Part shown: piece after piece, positions 20,200 through 29,606 of the stretch
Position numbering within the stretch: the first letter of the stretch is position 1
Layout: the number at the start of each line of letters is the position of its first letter
Origin: Nitrospirota bacterium
GTDB lineage: Bacteria > Nitrospirota > Thermodesulfovibrionia > Thermodesulfovibrionales > Dissulfurispiraceae
Assembly: GCA_963790025.1 (NCBI GenBank)
Contig: CAWBMP010000004.1
Location: 448,001-512,000 of the forward strand
Length of the DNA: 64,000 nucleotides
Direction: 5' to 3'
Translations under genes and position numbers: made by a program
Notes under the pieces: generated by a model
The model's input: the letters and a program-made list of their open reading frames with translations, nothing else
The model's database searches: none
Told to the model about the DNA's origin: nothing

Positions 20200-21173
20200 T
20201 CCGCCCGCTCCCCAATTATTGTCCTCTCTGCTCTCTGATTTCCTGCCAACGGCCTTCCCTCCGGATGCTTACGCTTATCCAGCAATGCCATAGTAGGGTC
20301 CAGCATGGATGGGTTGAAGGGCGTTATGTCGTCTATCTGGAAAAGAGTGAGGATTTGTTTCCCCGAAGCCGTTGAGTGTATGTTCACAGCAATCTTTGTC
20401 ATTTTAGCTTTGATGTCGGCCCTCAGAAGTTTATGGAAACAGAAGATTCCGTCCAGGAGTTTGTCGGAACTCAGGAGGACCGTCAGTTCCTTTCCTATTT
20501 GCGGGTTGAGCTCGACCATCGTCTCATATGCGCTCTTGCTGACAAGACAGGCATCTGATTGCTTGAAAAAAACCGGCAGCACGGCCTGGGAAGCTTTGTT
20601 TACTTCCTTATCGGACCCGAAAAACCTTTCATAGTCGGGCAGGCTCCTGCGGGCCATAACGCTGCTCAGCCAGAGATGGGCAGTTTCAATAATGGGGCCG
20701 GAATGTACTATCAGCCTCTTGCCTTTAAGTTGACTTATGTCCCTGATCCCCTGGTCCCGCCGCACAAGGAGCACAAGTTCGTCGCCGCCAACTGCGTTCC
20801 GTCTGCTTCCCACAAAAGCCGGTTCCAGTGGGGCCCTGTCCCTGATCTTCAGGTAGTCTATTGCTGTTACGGCGACAAAGTCTATCGTCCTGTTATTCAG
20901 GGCCTTCACTATCGATTGAAGGTTGTCAAAGATTAAAGGCTTCGGCTGCATTGTTTTAAGAGTTGAACTTGGGGTGAGTTCTCTCGTCCACAGTGAAAGG
21001 GCAACCTGGGCATCCGCCACGCTGACGCTGCTGAGGAAAAACTTGCTGGAATAGCCGATTCTAAGGACTTCCGGAGAATAGTCGCTGTTTTCACCCCAGC
21101 ATACGTCGTTTGTGCAAAACAGGGCAATGAGGCAACAGGCAACCAATCGAATATCTATTTTGAACGAGTCCAT
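20196..21173 (-). CDS. PhnD/SsuA-like periplasmic substrate-binding protein, paralog 1
   Basis: Signal peptide; LRIGYS, LVLLVRRDQGIRDISQLKGKRL; ATGA overlap with the kinase start. Confidence 0.78.
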   Translation of the reverse strand: MDSFKIDIRLVACCLIALFCTNDVCWGENSDYSPEVLRIGYSSKFFLSSVSVADAQVALSLWTRELTPSSTLKTMQPKPLIFDNLQSIVKALNNRTIDFVAVTAIDYLKIRDRAPLEPAFVGSRRNAVGGDELVLLVRRDQGIRDISQLKGKRLIVHSGPIIETAHLWLSSVMARRSLPDYERFFGSDKEVNKASQAVLPVFFKQSDACLVSKSAYETMVELNPQIGKELTVLLSSDKLLDGIFCFHKLLRADIKAKMTKIAVNIHSTASGKQILTLFQIDDITPFNPSMLDPTMALLDKRKHPEGRPLAGNQRAERTIIGERAE

Positions 21174-21354
21174 TCAATAGTCCTATGGCGTAGACGCAGC
21201 AATCCCTTTTTTTATGTTATCGGCATTGCTGTTGCAAACTTTATTACAGCACGCATTCCTATTCTCCTTCCTTGGAACAAGCACTGTCCCCTCGCAACGA
21301 TCACTGCCAATTTGGATAAAAATCTGCTGATTTAAAAGACAATACCATAATTCA

Positions 21355-21399
21355 GTGCCTCTGATCTATCATACTCCACTGTGCTCTTAATCTATCATA
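21355..21399. promoter_or_regulatory. 19 bp imperfect direct repeat in the divergent promoter region (possible operator)
   Basis: GTGCCTCTGATCTATCATA (21355) and GTGCTCTTAATCTATCATA (21381). Confidence 0.4.
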
Positions 21400-21504
21400 A
21401 ATAAAGACTAAAGAAAATGTAATAAACAACGATAAAAAACAATACTCGATGAATTTCTGCCTATACATCGAGTCAGGACTTGCAAATGGAATTTGGGAGG
21501 GACA

Positions 21505-23001
21505 ATGAAAGAATTCTTGGTGTCATCAGGGCTGATTATTTCACTCGCATTGGTAATGCCGCTGACCTCAACGGCAGCGGAAGCATTACCGGGTGAACAA
21601 ATGCATCCCGAAAAGGAGGGAGTGAACGAACAAAAAGTACAGAGCTTGAGTCTCGAGGAGTGCCTGGAGATTGCCGTTAAGAACAACCGGACGCGTCCAG
21701 CCTCTCAATTCGCTGTTGAAATAGCCGAAGCCCAGCTACAGCAGTCGCTCTCGTCTTACTGGCCTCAATTAGCATTAACGTCAACTTTTAGTCATATTGA
21801 CCATAACCCCAACTTCATTTTTCCAGTGTCATCAATAGGCGTCCCGGCATCATCGTTCACCGCTATTACCCCGCTCGGAACTCTCCCGGTTAATGTCCCG
21901 GCGCAGTCCATCAATGTTCCCATTCAAAATATAAAACTCATGAATAAGGACACTCTTATGACCTCTCTGAACGCTACCTATCCGGTGTATACGGGCGGCC
22001 AGCGCCCTGCCATCGTCAAACAAGCCCGAAGTGGTCTTGAGTCTGCAAGACAGGAAGCCAGACGTACGGACCTTCAGGTCATATATGATGTAAAGCGTAT
22101 GTATCACGGGGCGGTCCTTGCACGTGAACTCCACCGGATCGGCAGTGAGGCCCTTCAGCGGCTTGAAGTGACGCTTGAGCTTACTGAGAAATTATACAAG
22201 AACGGTTCAGGCAGGGTTAAGAAGACGGACTACCTGCGAAACAAGTCCGTAGTTGAGGCGCTGCGGAGCGCAGTCACTTTCATGAAAGCCAACGAAGAAC
22301 TCACGCTTTCTGCATTAATTAATACGATGGGGTTAGATTGGGACACCAAGATCCAGGTCTCGGAAGCTCAGATTCCTTTCAATAAGTATCAGGCCAACCT
22401 GAGAGAGTTAATGAGCAATACATATACATTTAATCCTGATTGGGCAAGGATGCAGGAGGGCCTGAAGGCTGCCGAGGCAAAAGTAGATGAGGCTAAAAGC
22501 GGGCATCTTCCCAAGATAGCACTGACAGGGAGCTTTACAAATATTGATAATTCCTACAATCAGGGAATTGTTACCCCTGACAACAAGAATAGCTGGAACG
22601 TAGGCGCTGTTCTTGAGTTTCCTCTGTTCAGCGGCTTTCGCACCAGGGAGGAGATACGGGAGGCCATTGCACGCCTTGGAAAACTGTCTGAAGAGAAGGT
22701 GCTGCTGCGTGAGGGCATTGCTCTGCAGGTCAAATATATATTCACCACGATGATGAGCGCGCAGGAGCAGCAACAGTCAACACTCGATGCATCCAAAGCG
22801 GCTGAGGAGAACAGGGACCTGAACGAACGGGCGTACCAGGATGAGTTGGTTGAAACAAAAGATGTAATAGAGGCGCAGCTGGTAGAGTCTTTCATGAAAG
22901 CGCAGTACCAGAAAACGCTGTATGACCATATTGAGACACAGGCGCATCTGGACTTTGTGGTGGGTAAGGAAGTGGACAAACTGCTCTTTGGAGGACAATA
23001 A
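21505..23001 (+). CDS. TolC-family outer membrane protein
   Basis: Signal peptide, LSLEECLEIAVKNN, two OEP repeats (SYWPQLAL / GHLPKIAL; YPVYTGG / FPLFSG); GGAGG SD. Confidence 0.87.
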   Translation: MKEFLVSSGLIISLALVMPLTSTAAEALPGEQMHPEKEGVNEQKVQSLSLEECLEIAVKNNRTRPASQFAVEIAEAQLQQSLSSYWPQLALTSTFSHIDHNPNFIFPVSSIGVPASSFTAITPLGTLPVNVPAQSINVPIQNIKLMNKDTLMTSLNATYPVYTGGQRPAIVKQARSGLESARQEARRTDLQVIYDVKRMYHGAVLARELHRIGSEALQRLEVTLELTEKLYKNGSGRVKKTDYLRNKSVVEALRSAVTFMKANEELTLSALINTMGLDWDTKIQVSEAQIPFNKYQANLRELMSNTYTFNPDWARMQEGLKAAEAKVDEAKSGHLPKIALTGSFTNIDNSYNQGIVTPDNKNSWNVGAVLEFPLFSGFRTREEIREAIARLGKLSEEKVLLREGIALQVKYIFTTMMSAQEQQQSTLDASKAAEENRDLNERAYQDELVETKDVIEAQLVESFMKAQYQKTLYDHIETQAHLDFVVGKEVDKLLFGGQ

Positions 23002-23079
23002 GAAATGATCTTGGGGACTCTCAAGTGCAAGGGAACGGGTCAAGATGACAGCACGCTAGGAGATACCAAGTTGAGGTCA

Positions 23080-24015
23080 ATGAAAAAACAGGTCCTGTTA
23101 GCTTCTTTAGTATTTGGCTTGATCTTGTTATGTCAGGCAGGGCATGGCCGGGCTGAAAACAACGAGTTTAAGCCGGAAGCCATCAGGTTCGGCTATTCGT
23201 CCAAGTTCCTCAATGATGTGAGCGTAGGGGAGGCCCAGGTCGCCATCGAGCTGTGGATAGGGGAGATCACCAAAAATACAGCGTTCAAAATGAAGCCGAA
23301 GCCTTTAATTTATGACCACCTTCAATCGATAGTAAAGGCCCTGAATAGCAGGGAAGTCGATTTTGTCGCCATATCAGCAATAGACTACCTGAAAATCAGG
23401 GACAAAGCACCTCTGGAACCGGCTTTTGTGGGAAGCAGACGGAAAACCGTTGACGACGAACTGGTGCTTCTTGTGCGACGGGACCAGGGGATCAGGGACA
23501 TAAGTCAACTTAAAGGCAAGAGACTGATAGTTCACTACAGCACCTTGATTGACAGCGCCCGCCTCTGGCTGAACAACGTTTTGGCCCGCAGGAACCTGCC
23601 TGACCCTGAAAGGTTTTTCGGGTCTGATAAGGAAGTAAATAAAGCTTCCCAGGCCGTGCTGCCGCTCTTTTTCAAGCAGGCAGACGCTTGTCTTGTTAAC
23701 AAGAGCGCATTTGAGACGCTGGTTGAGCTCAACCCCCAAATAGGAAAGGAACTGATAGTCCTTTCGCATTCCGATAAACTTGTATACGGATTGCTCTGTT
23801 TCCATCGTTATCTGAATGCCGATCTCAAAAAGCAGCTGACAAAGACTGTTTTGAACTTGCACACTACTCCCGGAGGCAAACAAATACTTACACTTTTCAA
23901 GATAGAAGGCTTGACGTCCTTCAACCCATCCATGCTGGATACTTCCGTGGCCTTAATGGATAAGCGTAATCACCAGGATGGAAGGTTGTTGGTCAATAAG
24001 CAGAGAGAACAATGA
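23080..24015 (+). CDS. PhnD/SsuA-like periplasmic substrate-binding protein, paralog 2
   Basis: Aligns along its length with 20196-21173; signal peptide MKKQVLLAS. Confidence 0.78.
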   Translation: MKKQVLLASLVFGLILLCQAGHGRAENNEFKPEAIRFGYSSKFLNDVSVGEAQVAIELWIGEITKNTAFKMKPKPLIYDHLQSIVKALNSREVDFVAISAIDYLKIRDKAPLEPAFVGSRRKTVDDELVLLVRRDQGIRDISQLKGKRLIVHYSTLIDSARLWLNNVLARRNLPDPERFFGSDKEVNKASQAVLPLFFKQADACLVNKSAFETLVELNPQIGKELIVLSHSDKLVYGLLCFHRYLNADLKKQLTKTVLNLHTTPGGKQILTLFKIEGLTSFNPSMLDTSVALMDKRNHQDGRLLVNKQREQ

Positions 24016-24142
24016 CGTGGGGGCGAGAATCTCAATATACTTGCTGCTTTACAAAAAATTCCTGGAGGAATGGTATAATTCAGCAAAGGCTTCTGCGACA
24101 TACGCAAGGATTCAATATATGAAACTATCGGGAACGTGCGCA

Positions 24143-25075
24143 GTGAATAAACAGGTCCTGTTGGCTTCTTTAGTATTTGGCTTGACATTGTTATGTCAGG
24201 CAGGGGATGGCCGGTGTGAAAACAATGAGTTTACGCCGGAAGCCTTGAGGTTCGCCTATTCGTCCAAGTTCATCAATGATGTGAGTATAGGGGATGCCCA
24301 GGTTGCAATTGAGTTGTGGACAAGGGAGCTCATCCGGAATACAGCGTTAAAAATGAAGCCGAAACCTTTAATTTATGACCACCTTCAATCGATAGTAAAG
24401 GCCCTCAATAACAAAGAAGTCGACATCATAGCCTTAACACCAATGGACTATCTGAAAATAAGGGACAAAGTACCTCTGGAACCGGCCCTCTTGGGAAGCA
24501 GACGGAATGCCATCGACGGCGACGAACTCGTGCTCCTTGTGCGGCGGGACCAGGGGATCAGGGACATAAATCAACTTAAAGGCAAGAGGCTGATGGTATA
24601 CCCGGGCCCGATTGCTGACAGTGCCTACCTCTGGCTGAACAACATTTTGGCCCAAAGGAACCTGCCCGATCATGAAAGGTTTTTCGGGTCCGGTAAGGAA
24701 GTAAATAAACCATCCCGGGCCGTTTTGCCGGTCTTTTTCAGGCAGGCGGATGCCTGTCTTGTTATCAGGGGCGCATTTGAGACGATGGTCGAGCTCAACC
24801 CGCAAATAGGAAAGGAACTGATGGTCCTTTCGAATTCCGATAAACTGCTATACGCAGTACTCTGTTTCCATAAGTATCTCAATGCCGAAGTCAAAAAGAG
24901 TATTATGAAGAGAGCTTTCAGCTTGCACACTACCCCCGCAGGCAAGCAAATCCTTACTCTTTTCCATATAGACTCAATAGTGCCCTTCAACCCATCCGTG
25001 CTGGATACTTCTGTGGCCTTAATAGATAAACGTAATCACCAGGATGGAGGGTTGTTGGTAAAAAAACAGAAATGA
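24143..25075 (+). CDS. PhnD/SsuA-like periplasmic substrate-binding protein, paralog 3
   Basis: Tandem duplicate of paralog 2; GTG start chosen by alignment (alternative ATG at 24119). Confidence 0.75.
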   Translation: MNKQVLLASLVFGLTLLCQAGDGRCENNEFTPEALRFAYSSKFINDVSIGDAQVAIELWTRELIRNTALKMKPKPLIYDHLQSIVKALNNKEVDIIALTPMDYLKIRDKVPLEPALLGSRRNAIDGDELVLLVRRDQGIRDINQLKGKRLMVYPGPIADSAYLWLNNILAQRNLPDHERFFGSGKEVNKPSRAVLPVFFRQADACLVIRGAFETMVELNPQIGKELMVLSNSDKLLYAVLCFHKYLNAEVKKSIMKRAFSLHTTPAGKQILTLFHIDSIVPFNPSVLDTSVALIDKRNHQDGGLLVKKQK

Positions 25076-25081
25076 AAAGTT

Positions 25082-25888
25082 TCACCACCCACGCTGCCGG
25101 ATAGCTTCATACAGGCTGATGGATGCGGCCATGGCAACATTCAGGCTTTCGGCCCTGCCTATAACAGGTATTCTGAACAGCAGTCCGCATTTTTTCAGCA
25201 AGGCAGCACCAATACCATGCGCCTCATTGCCAAAAGCAATCGCAACAGGCTCCCTGAAGTCGGCTGCATAGAGTGAATGTGAAGCATGGGCCTCCGCCGC
25301 ATACAGCCTGATTCGCCGTTCAGCCAGAAAGCACACGAGTTCTTCCACTCCGGCATGGAGTACCGGGACAGTAAAAATACTCCCCGCAGACGCCCTTATC
25401 GCTTTTGGCATGAAGGCATCGCAGGTCCCCGGCATAAGCAGGACAGCGTCTGCACCCGCTGCATCGGAGGCCCGGATAATCGTCCCCATATTCCCGGGGT
25501 CCCGGATACCGTCGCATACAACGAGCAAGGGCATCGTTTTCAGGGGTATTGCGTCGAGTGCCGCCGGTTTAAGTGAGAGCACTGCCACAATACCCTGCGG
25601 CGTTTCAGTATCGGCCAGTTTTTCAATAACACGTTTCGATGTCTCGACAAGTTGAACCGATGTTCCCTTCAGCGGCTTCAAGAGCCTCTGCCCCAATCTG
25701 GAAGAAGAGAAGTCTTCAGTAAAAAAGACCTGCTTAAGTTCGGCAGCCGTGGAAGCAAGGGCCATTTCTACAAGATGGGGACCCTCGATAACAAAAGCGG
25801 CTCCTCCATGCCTGCCGCGTCTCTCCTTTTTTTTTAAAGCTTCCTTGATCAGCGGATGCGCAGAACTGGTGAGCGTGAGCTGCTTCAT
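25082..25888 (-). CDS. TrmH/SpoU-family RNA methyltransferase
   Basis: DPGNMGTIIR, FGNEAHG, ESLNVA; ATGA overlap with the upstream gene. Confidence 0.92.
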   Translation of the reverse strand: MKQLTLTSSAHPLIKEALKKKERRGRHGGAAFVIEGPHLVEMALASTAAELKQVFFTEDFSSSRLGQRLLKPLKGTSVQLVETSKRVIEKLADTETPQGIVAVLSLKPAALDAIPLKTMPLLVVCDGIRDPGNMGTIIRASDAAGADAVLLMPGTCDAFMPKAIRASAGSIFTVPVLHAGVEELVCFLAERRIRLYAAEAHASHSLYAADFREPVAIAFGNEAHGIGAALLKKCGLLFRIPVIGRAESLNVAMAASISLYEAIRQRGW

Positions 25889-26748
25889 AAGGATACTTTG
25901 AACGGCGCAGGCATGAACGTGATAATAAATATCACCAGGGCCAGTAATCCTATCATCCTTCTTTTGGAGTCGAGAGGAGATTCCCAGTGCAGTACCGGAG
26001 GGTGCTTGATACCGAGAAAAAGCATCAGGACCGCCCACATGAGCCAGCCTTCCCATCCTGAAAAACCAAGCAATGAGGAGATGCCGAGAACAGCTAGCAA
26101 CCCCACAAGGAATCGAGACACATAACGTTGTCGCTCGCCCAAAATTGCATAAGCGATATGGCCCCCGTCAAGCTGGCCTATGGGTATAAGATTGAGCGAT
26201 GTCACGAAAAGCCCTATCCAGCCTGCAAAAGCAACGGGATGGAGTAATATGTCATAGTTTGCCGGCGTGACGCCGAGGACCATACGTGAAAGAAAAGAGA
26301 ACAGGATGGAATCACCGAGAGATAGAGAGCCGTCACCCTGAGGCACCGGTATCACCTTTGACATGCTGAGGCCGATGACACACGCTGCTACAGAAATAAT
26401 GAAACCGGCGATCGGTCCCGAGGCCCCGATGTCTATAAGCGCCTTCCGCGTAATGATAGGCGACTTCATTTTTATGAAGGCGCCGAAAGTCCCGAAGATC
26501 GAGGGTGCGGGAATAAAATACGGGAGCGTTGCAACGGTATGGTTCCTTCTGGATGCAATATAATGGGAGAACTCATGGAAAAGCAGTATGGTCATCAGCG
26601 TTCCGGCAAAAGGCAGCCCTTCAATAATTCTGCCCGGGGATTTAATGATATTGATCCCCTGCTGAAGGGCGCCCGCAGACAACGTTGACAGAAATGTCAT
26701 AATGAAAAGAATTATATGAAGATACGGAACCTTTCGCCAATGCCACAT
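25885..26748 (-). CDS. Site-2 protease (M50) family membrane metalloprotease
   Basis: HEFSH, NLIPIGQLDGGH, multiple TM segments. Confidence 0.9.
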   Translation of the reverse strand: MWHWRKVPYLHIILFIMTFLSTLSAGALQQGINIIKSPGRIIEGLPFAGTLMTILLFHEFSHYIASRRNHTVATLPYFIPAPSIFGTFGAFIKMKSPIITRKALIDIGASGPIAGFIISVAACVIGLSMSKVIPVPQGDGSLSLGDSILFSFLSRMVLGVTPANYDILLHPVAFAGWIGLFVTSLNLIPIGQLDGGHIAYAILGERQRYVSRFLVGLLAVLGISSLLGFSGWEGWLMWAVLMLFLGIKHPPVLHWESPLDSKRRMIGLLALVIFIITFMPAPFKVSL

Positions 26749-26751
26749 TGC

Positions 26752-28128
26752 CTATCGCCCCTCCCCGGTTACCACTTTTCCTTTGACGTCATAGTCATAA
26801 GCACCCGTAATCTCAACGGTAACAACATCACCGGATTTTACAGGGTCGTGTCCCCTCTTCTCCGTGTCATCACCTTCCCCTTCCGCGTTTTCTATAATAA
26901 CCATTCCGTCTATTTCCGGGGCATGTGAATAGAGCCGTGCAAGTATAACATCTTCCGCTGTCTCATCGACAATCGCCCTGAAGCGTCTGCCGACAAGTGC
27001 CATGTTTTTCTCCAGCGAAATAAGCGCCTGGCGCTTCATGATTTCTTCAAATCTCCTGCGCTTCACCTTCTCAGGCACCTGCCCTTTAAGTGCGGCAGAC
27101 GGCGTGCCTTCTTCCTTTGAGAACATAAAGGCGCCGAGCCTGTCAAAACGTATTTCCTCGATAAAATCAACAAGTCCGTTGAAGTCCTCTTCCGTCTCGG
27201 TGGGAAACCCCACAATAAATGTCGTCCTGAGTGCAACTCCCGGTATCACATGGCGCAGTCTTCGTATGAGCTTGCGATATTCGCTGCGCGTTCCCCTGCG
27301 CCCCATAAGCCTCAGTATCCTGTCCTCCGAATGCTGGAGCGGGATGTCGAGGTATTTCTGTATTTTCTCTTCGGACGCAATGTATTCGATCAAAGCTTCG
27401 CTGATTGCGGTTGGATACAGGTATAACAGCCGAATATAAAAATCCCCCGGCAGAGAGGCCAGATCACGCAACAACGCTACAAGATCATACCCGTCAGAAT
27501 CTTTGCCGTAACTTGTAATATCCTGGGCCACCAGTATCAATTCTCTTACCCCGGCCCTTACGTATTCAGCCGCCTCGGCAATTATCAATTCAGGCCGGAT
27601 ACTCCTGAACCCGCCTCGTATCGAAGGAATCACACAGAAAGTACATTTCTTATCGCAGCCTTCGGCAATCTTCAGATAAGCGTAGGAAGAGGCGATAGGG
27701 GATAAATTATAGGCTGTGGGCGATGGGCCATTGGCAATGGATATTTCGTTTTTGCTTATAGCCGCTCGACTATTGCCCATAGCCTTTTGTTTTTTGCAGT
27801 ACTCGATAATGTGCGTTTCTTCGCCGACCCCCCAGAGGCAGTCAATTTCGGGGATTTCTTTCAGAAGGTCATCTCCGTATCGTTTGGCGAGGCAGCCGAA
27901 AACAAGAAGCTTTTTCTTCCCTCCCTTGACATTTGCAAGCCTGAGAATCTCTTCTACGGATTCCTTTTTTGCATCTTTGATAAAGCCGCAGGTATTCACC
28001 AGGAGTATATCTGCATCATCCGGGTCATTCGCTGTGATGAATCCTTCCGCTGTGAAGGTCCTCGTCAAATGGCCGGAATCAGCGGTATTCTTGGGACAGC
28101 CAAGTGTGGTAATGTGTATTTTAGCCAT
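26752..28128 (-). CDS. rimO: Ribosomal protein S12 methylthiotransferase
   Basis: LGCPKN, NTCGFI, YLKIAEGCDKKCTFCVIP, APEIDG TRAM domain. Confidence 0.95.
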   Translation of the reverse strand: MAKIHITTLGCPKNTADSGHLTRTFTAEGFITANDPDDADILLVNTCGFIKDAKKESVEEILRLANVKGGKKKLLVFGCLAKRYGDDLLKEIPEIDCLWGVGEETHIIEYCKKQKAMGNSRAAISKNEISIANGPSPTAYNLSPIASSYAYLKIAEGCDKKCTFCVIPSIRGGFRSIRPELIIAEAAEYVRAGVRELILVAQDITSYGKDSDGYDLVALLRDLASLPGDFYIRLLYLYPTAISEALIEYIASEEKIQKYLDIPLQHSEDRILRLMGRRGTRSEYRKLIRRLRHVIPGVALRTTFIVGFPTETEEDFNGLVDFIEEIRFDRLGAFMFSKEEGTPSAALKGQVPEKVKRRRFEEIMKRQALISLEKNMALVGRRFRAIVDETAEDVILARLYSHAPEIDGMVIIENAEGEGDDTEKRGHDPVKSGDVVTVEITGAYDYDVKGKVVTGEGR

Positions 28129-28552
28129 TTCTCTGTTTCACCACAGCATGATACACAACAATATATCCGATAAGTGCCGATACAAGTGCAACAAGTGTCG
28201 AGCCGAAAACAAAAGGCCACAGTAAAAAACGTACTTCATTAAACAGATATGAAAAACTCATGGCGTGCCATTTCAGCGGAGGAATGATTTTGTCGACATG
28301 GAGGAGTTTTGCGCCAAGCCACGTTGTAAAGGTATAAATAGGCACAATGGTCCAGGGATTCGTAACATACACCCCGACAATCGTAACAAACTTGTTCGTC
28401 CGGAACAAATATGCGGCTCCGATAGCAAGTACGGTATGCAGCCCTATAAGCGGGGACATGCCGAAGAAAACACCCATTGCAAAAGAAAGCGCTATTTTCT
28501 TTGGAGAATCCTTGGTGCTGATTACTTCCCTGAGTTTATCACGCAATGCCAA
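28121..28552 (-). CDS. DUF2062 membrane protein
   Basis: SPKKIALSFAMG...P..G.HT...NPWT pattern. Confidence 0.8.
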   Translation of the reverse strand: MALRDKLREVISTKDSPKKIALSFAMGVFFGMSPLIGLHTVLAIGAAYLFRTNKFVTIVGVYVTNPWTIVPIYTFTTWLGAKLLHVDKIIPPLKWHAMSFSYLFNEVRFLLWPFVFGSTLVALVSALIGYIVVYHAVVKQRNG

Positions 28553-29606
28553 AGTGCTGGTATCCTTCCGTCTTCAGGGCAGCTTCCCTGCCCGAGGGGT
28601 CAACGGTAATCCTCTCTTTTTTTGTGATTTCGCCTATGCAAAAAGCATGAACGGAGGCGACCTTTTCCGCGGCTTCTGGAGGAACAGTGAACAAAAGCTC
28701 ATAGTCCTCGCCGCCGGACGTTGCAAGAGCGAGAGGAGATAACCCAATATGGGCTGCGGCAAGGCGCAACCCTTCCGAAACCGGAATTTTTTCGAGATAT
28801 ACCCGAGCGCCCACGCGGCTTTCATCACATATTCTGCACAAATCCATAAACAAGCCGTCGCTTATATCAATCATTGAGGTGACATAAGGCAATAGCTCGC
28901 TTACATCCCTCGCAACAGGCATCAGATGCCTCATTATTAGAGGCCCCGCTACCTGCCAGGTAATTTCGAGGGCCGGAGACCCTGAGAGGCGGAGGACCGG
29001 CGATGCCGAAGTTTCTCCGGTTCCGGGGACATTTCTTACCATTTCTTTCGATTCCGGGGCAAGTCTCTTCAACAGCTCCAGCCCGCATGCTGCTTCACCG
29101 GTTGCCGAAGTCACGTAAATTTTGTCGCCCGGAGCAGCGCCGCCCCTGGTGACTACTTTGCTGCCGGTACCAAGTACCGTGGCTGAAAGGACCATATCAT
29201 TCCTAGCCGAAGACAGGTCCCCTCCCAGCAACGTCATTCCATACTGCTGCAAAGCACATGCAATGCCATCGTAAAACTCCCGGAAAAAAGTTTCTTCAGT
29301 ATCGCCTTTCATCGACACTGTAAGGAAAAGGTAACGAGGGGTACCGCCCATGGCCATTATGTCACTTACATTAACCGAGACGAGCTTGAACCCGAGATGA
29401 AACGGGGCAGTATAACTTAAATCGAAATGGACCCCTTCATGCATCGCATCAGCGGTAATCAATATTTTTTCTTTGGGCGGAGCAATCACGGCGGCATCAT
29501 CTCCGATCCCGATAATGACGCCGCTATCCCCTTTCTTTGCTGGAACGTTAAACCTTCTTCTTATTTCCTCGAGAAGATTTAACTCTCCTATTAGTCGGAG
29601 TTGCAT
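28539..29606 (-). CDS. thiL: Thiamine-monophosphate kinase
   Basis: [37 protein letters not shown]. Confidence 0.94.
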   Translation of the reverse strand: MQLRLIGELNLLEEIRRRFNVPAKKGDSGVIIGIGDDAAVIAPPKEKILITADAMHEGVHFDLSYTAPFHLGFKLVSVNVSDIMAMGGTPRYLFLTVSMKGDTEETFFREFYDGIACALQQYGMTLLGGDLSSARNDMVLSATVLGTGSKVVTRGGAAPGDKIYVTSATGEAACGLELLKRLAPESKEMVRNVPGTGETSASPVLRLSGSPALEITWQVAGPLIMRHLMPVARDVSELLPYVTSMIDISDGLFMDLCRICDESRVGARVYLEKIPVSEGLRLAAAHIGLSPLALATSGGEDYELLFTVPPEAAEKVASVHAFCIGEITKKERITVDPSGREAALKTEGYQHFGIA

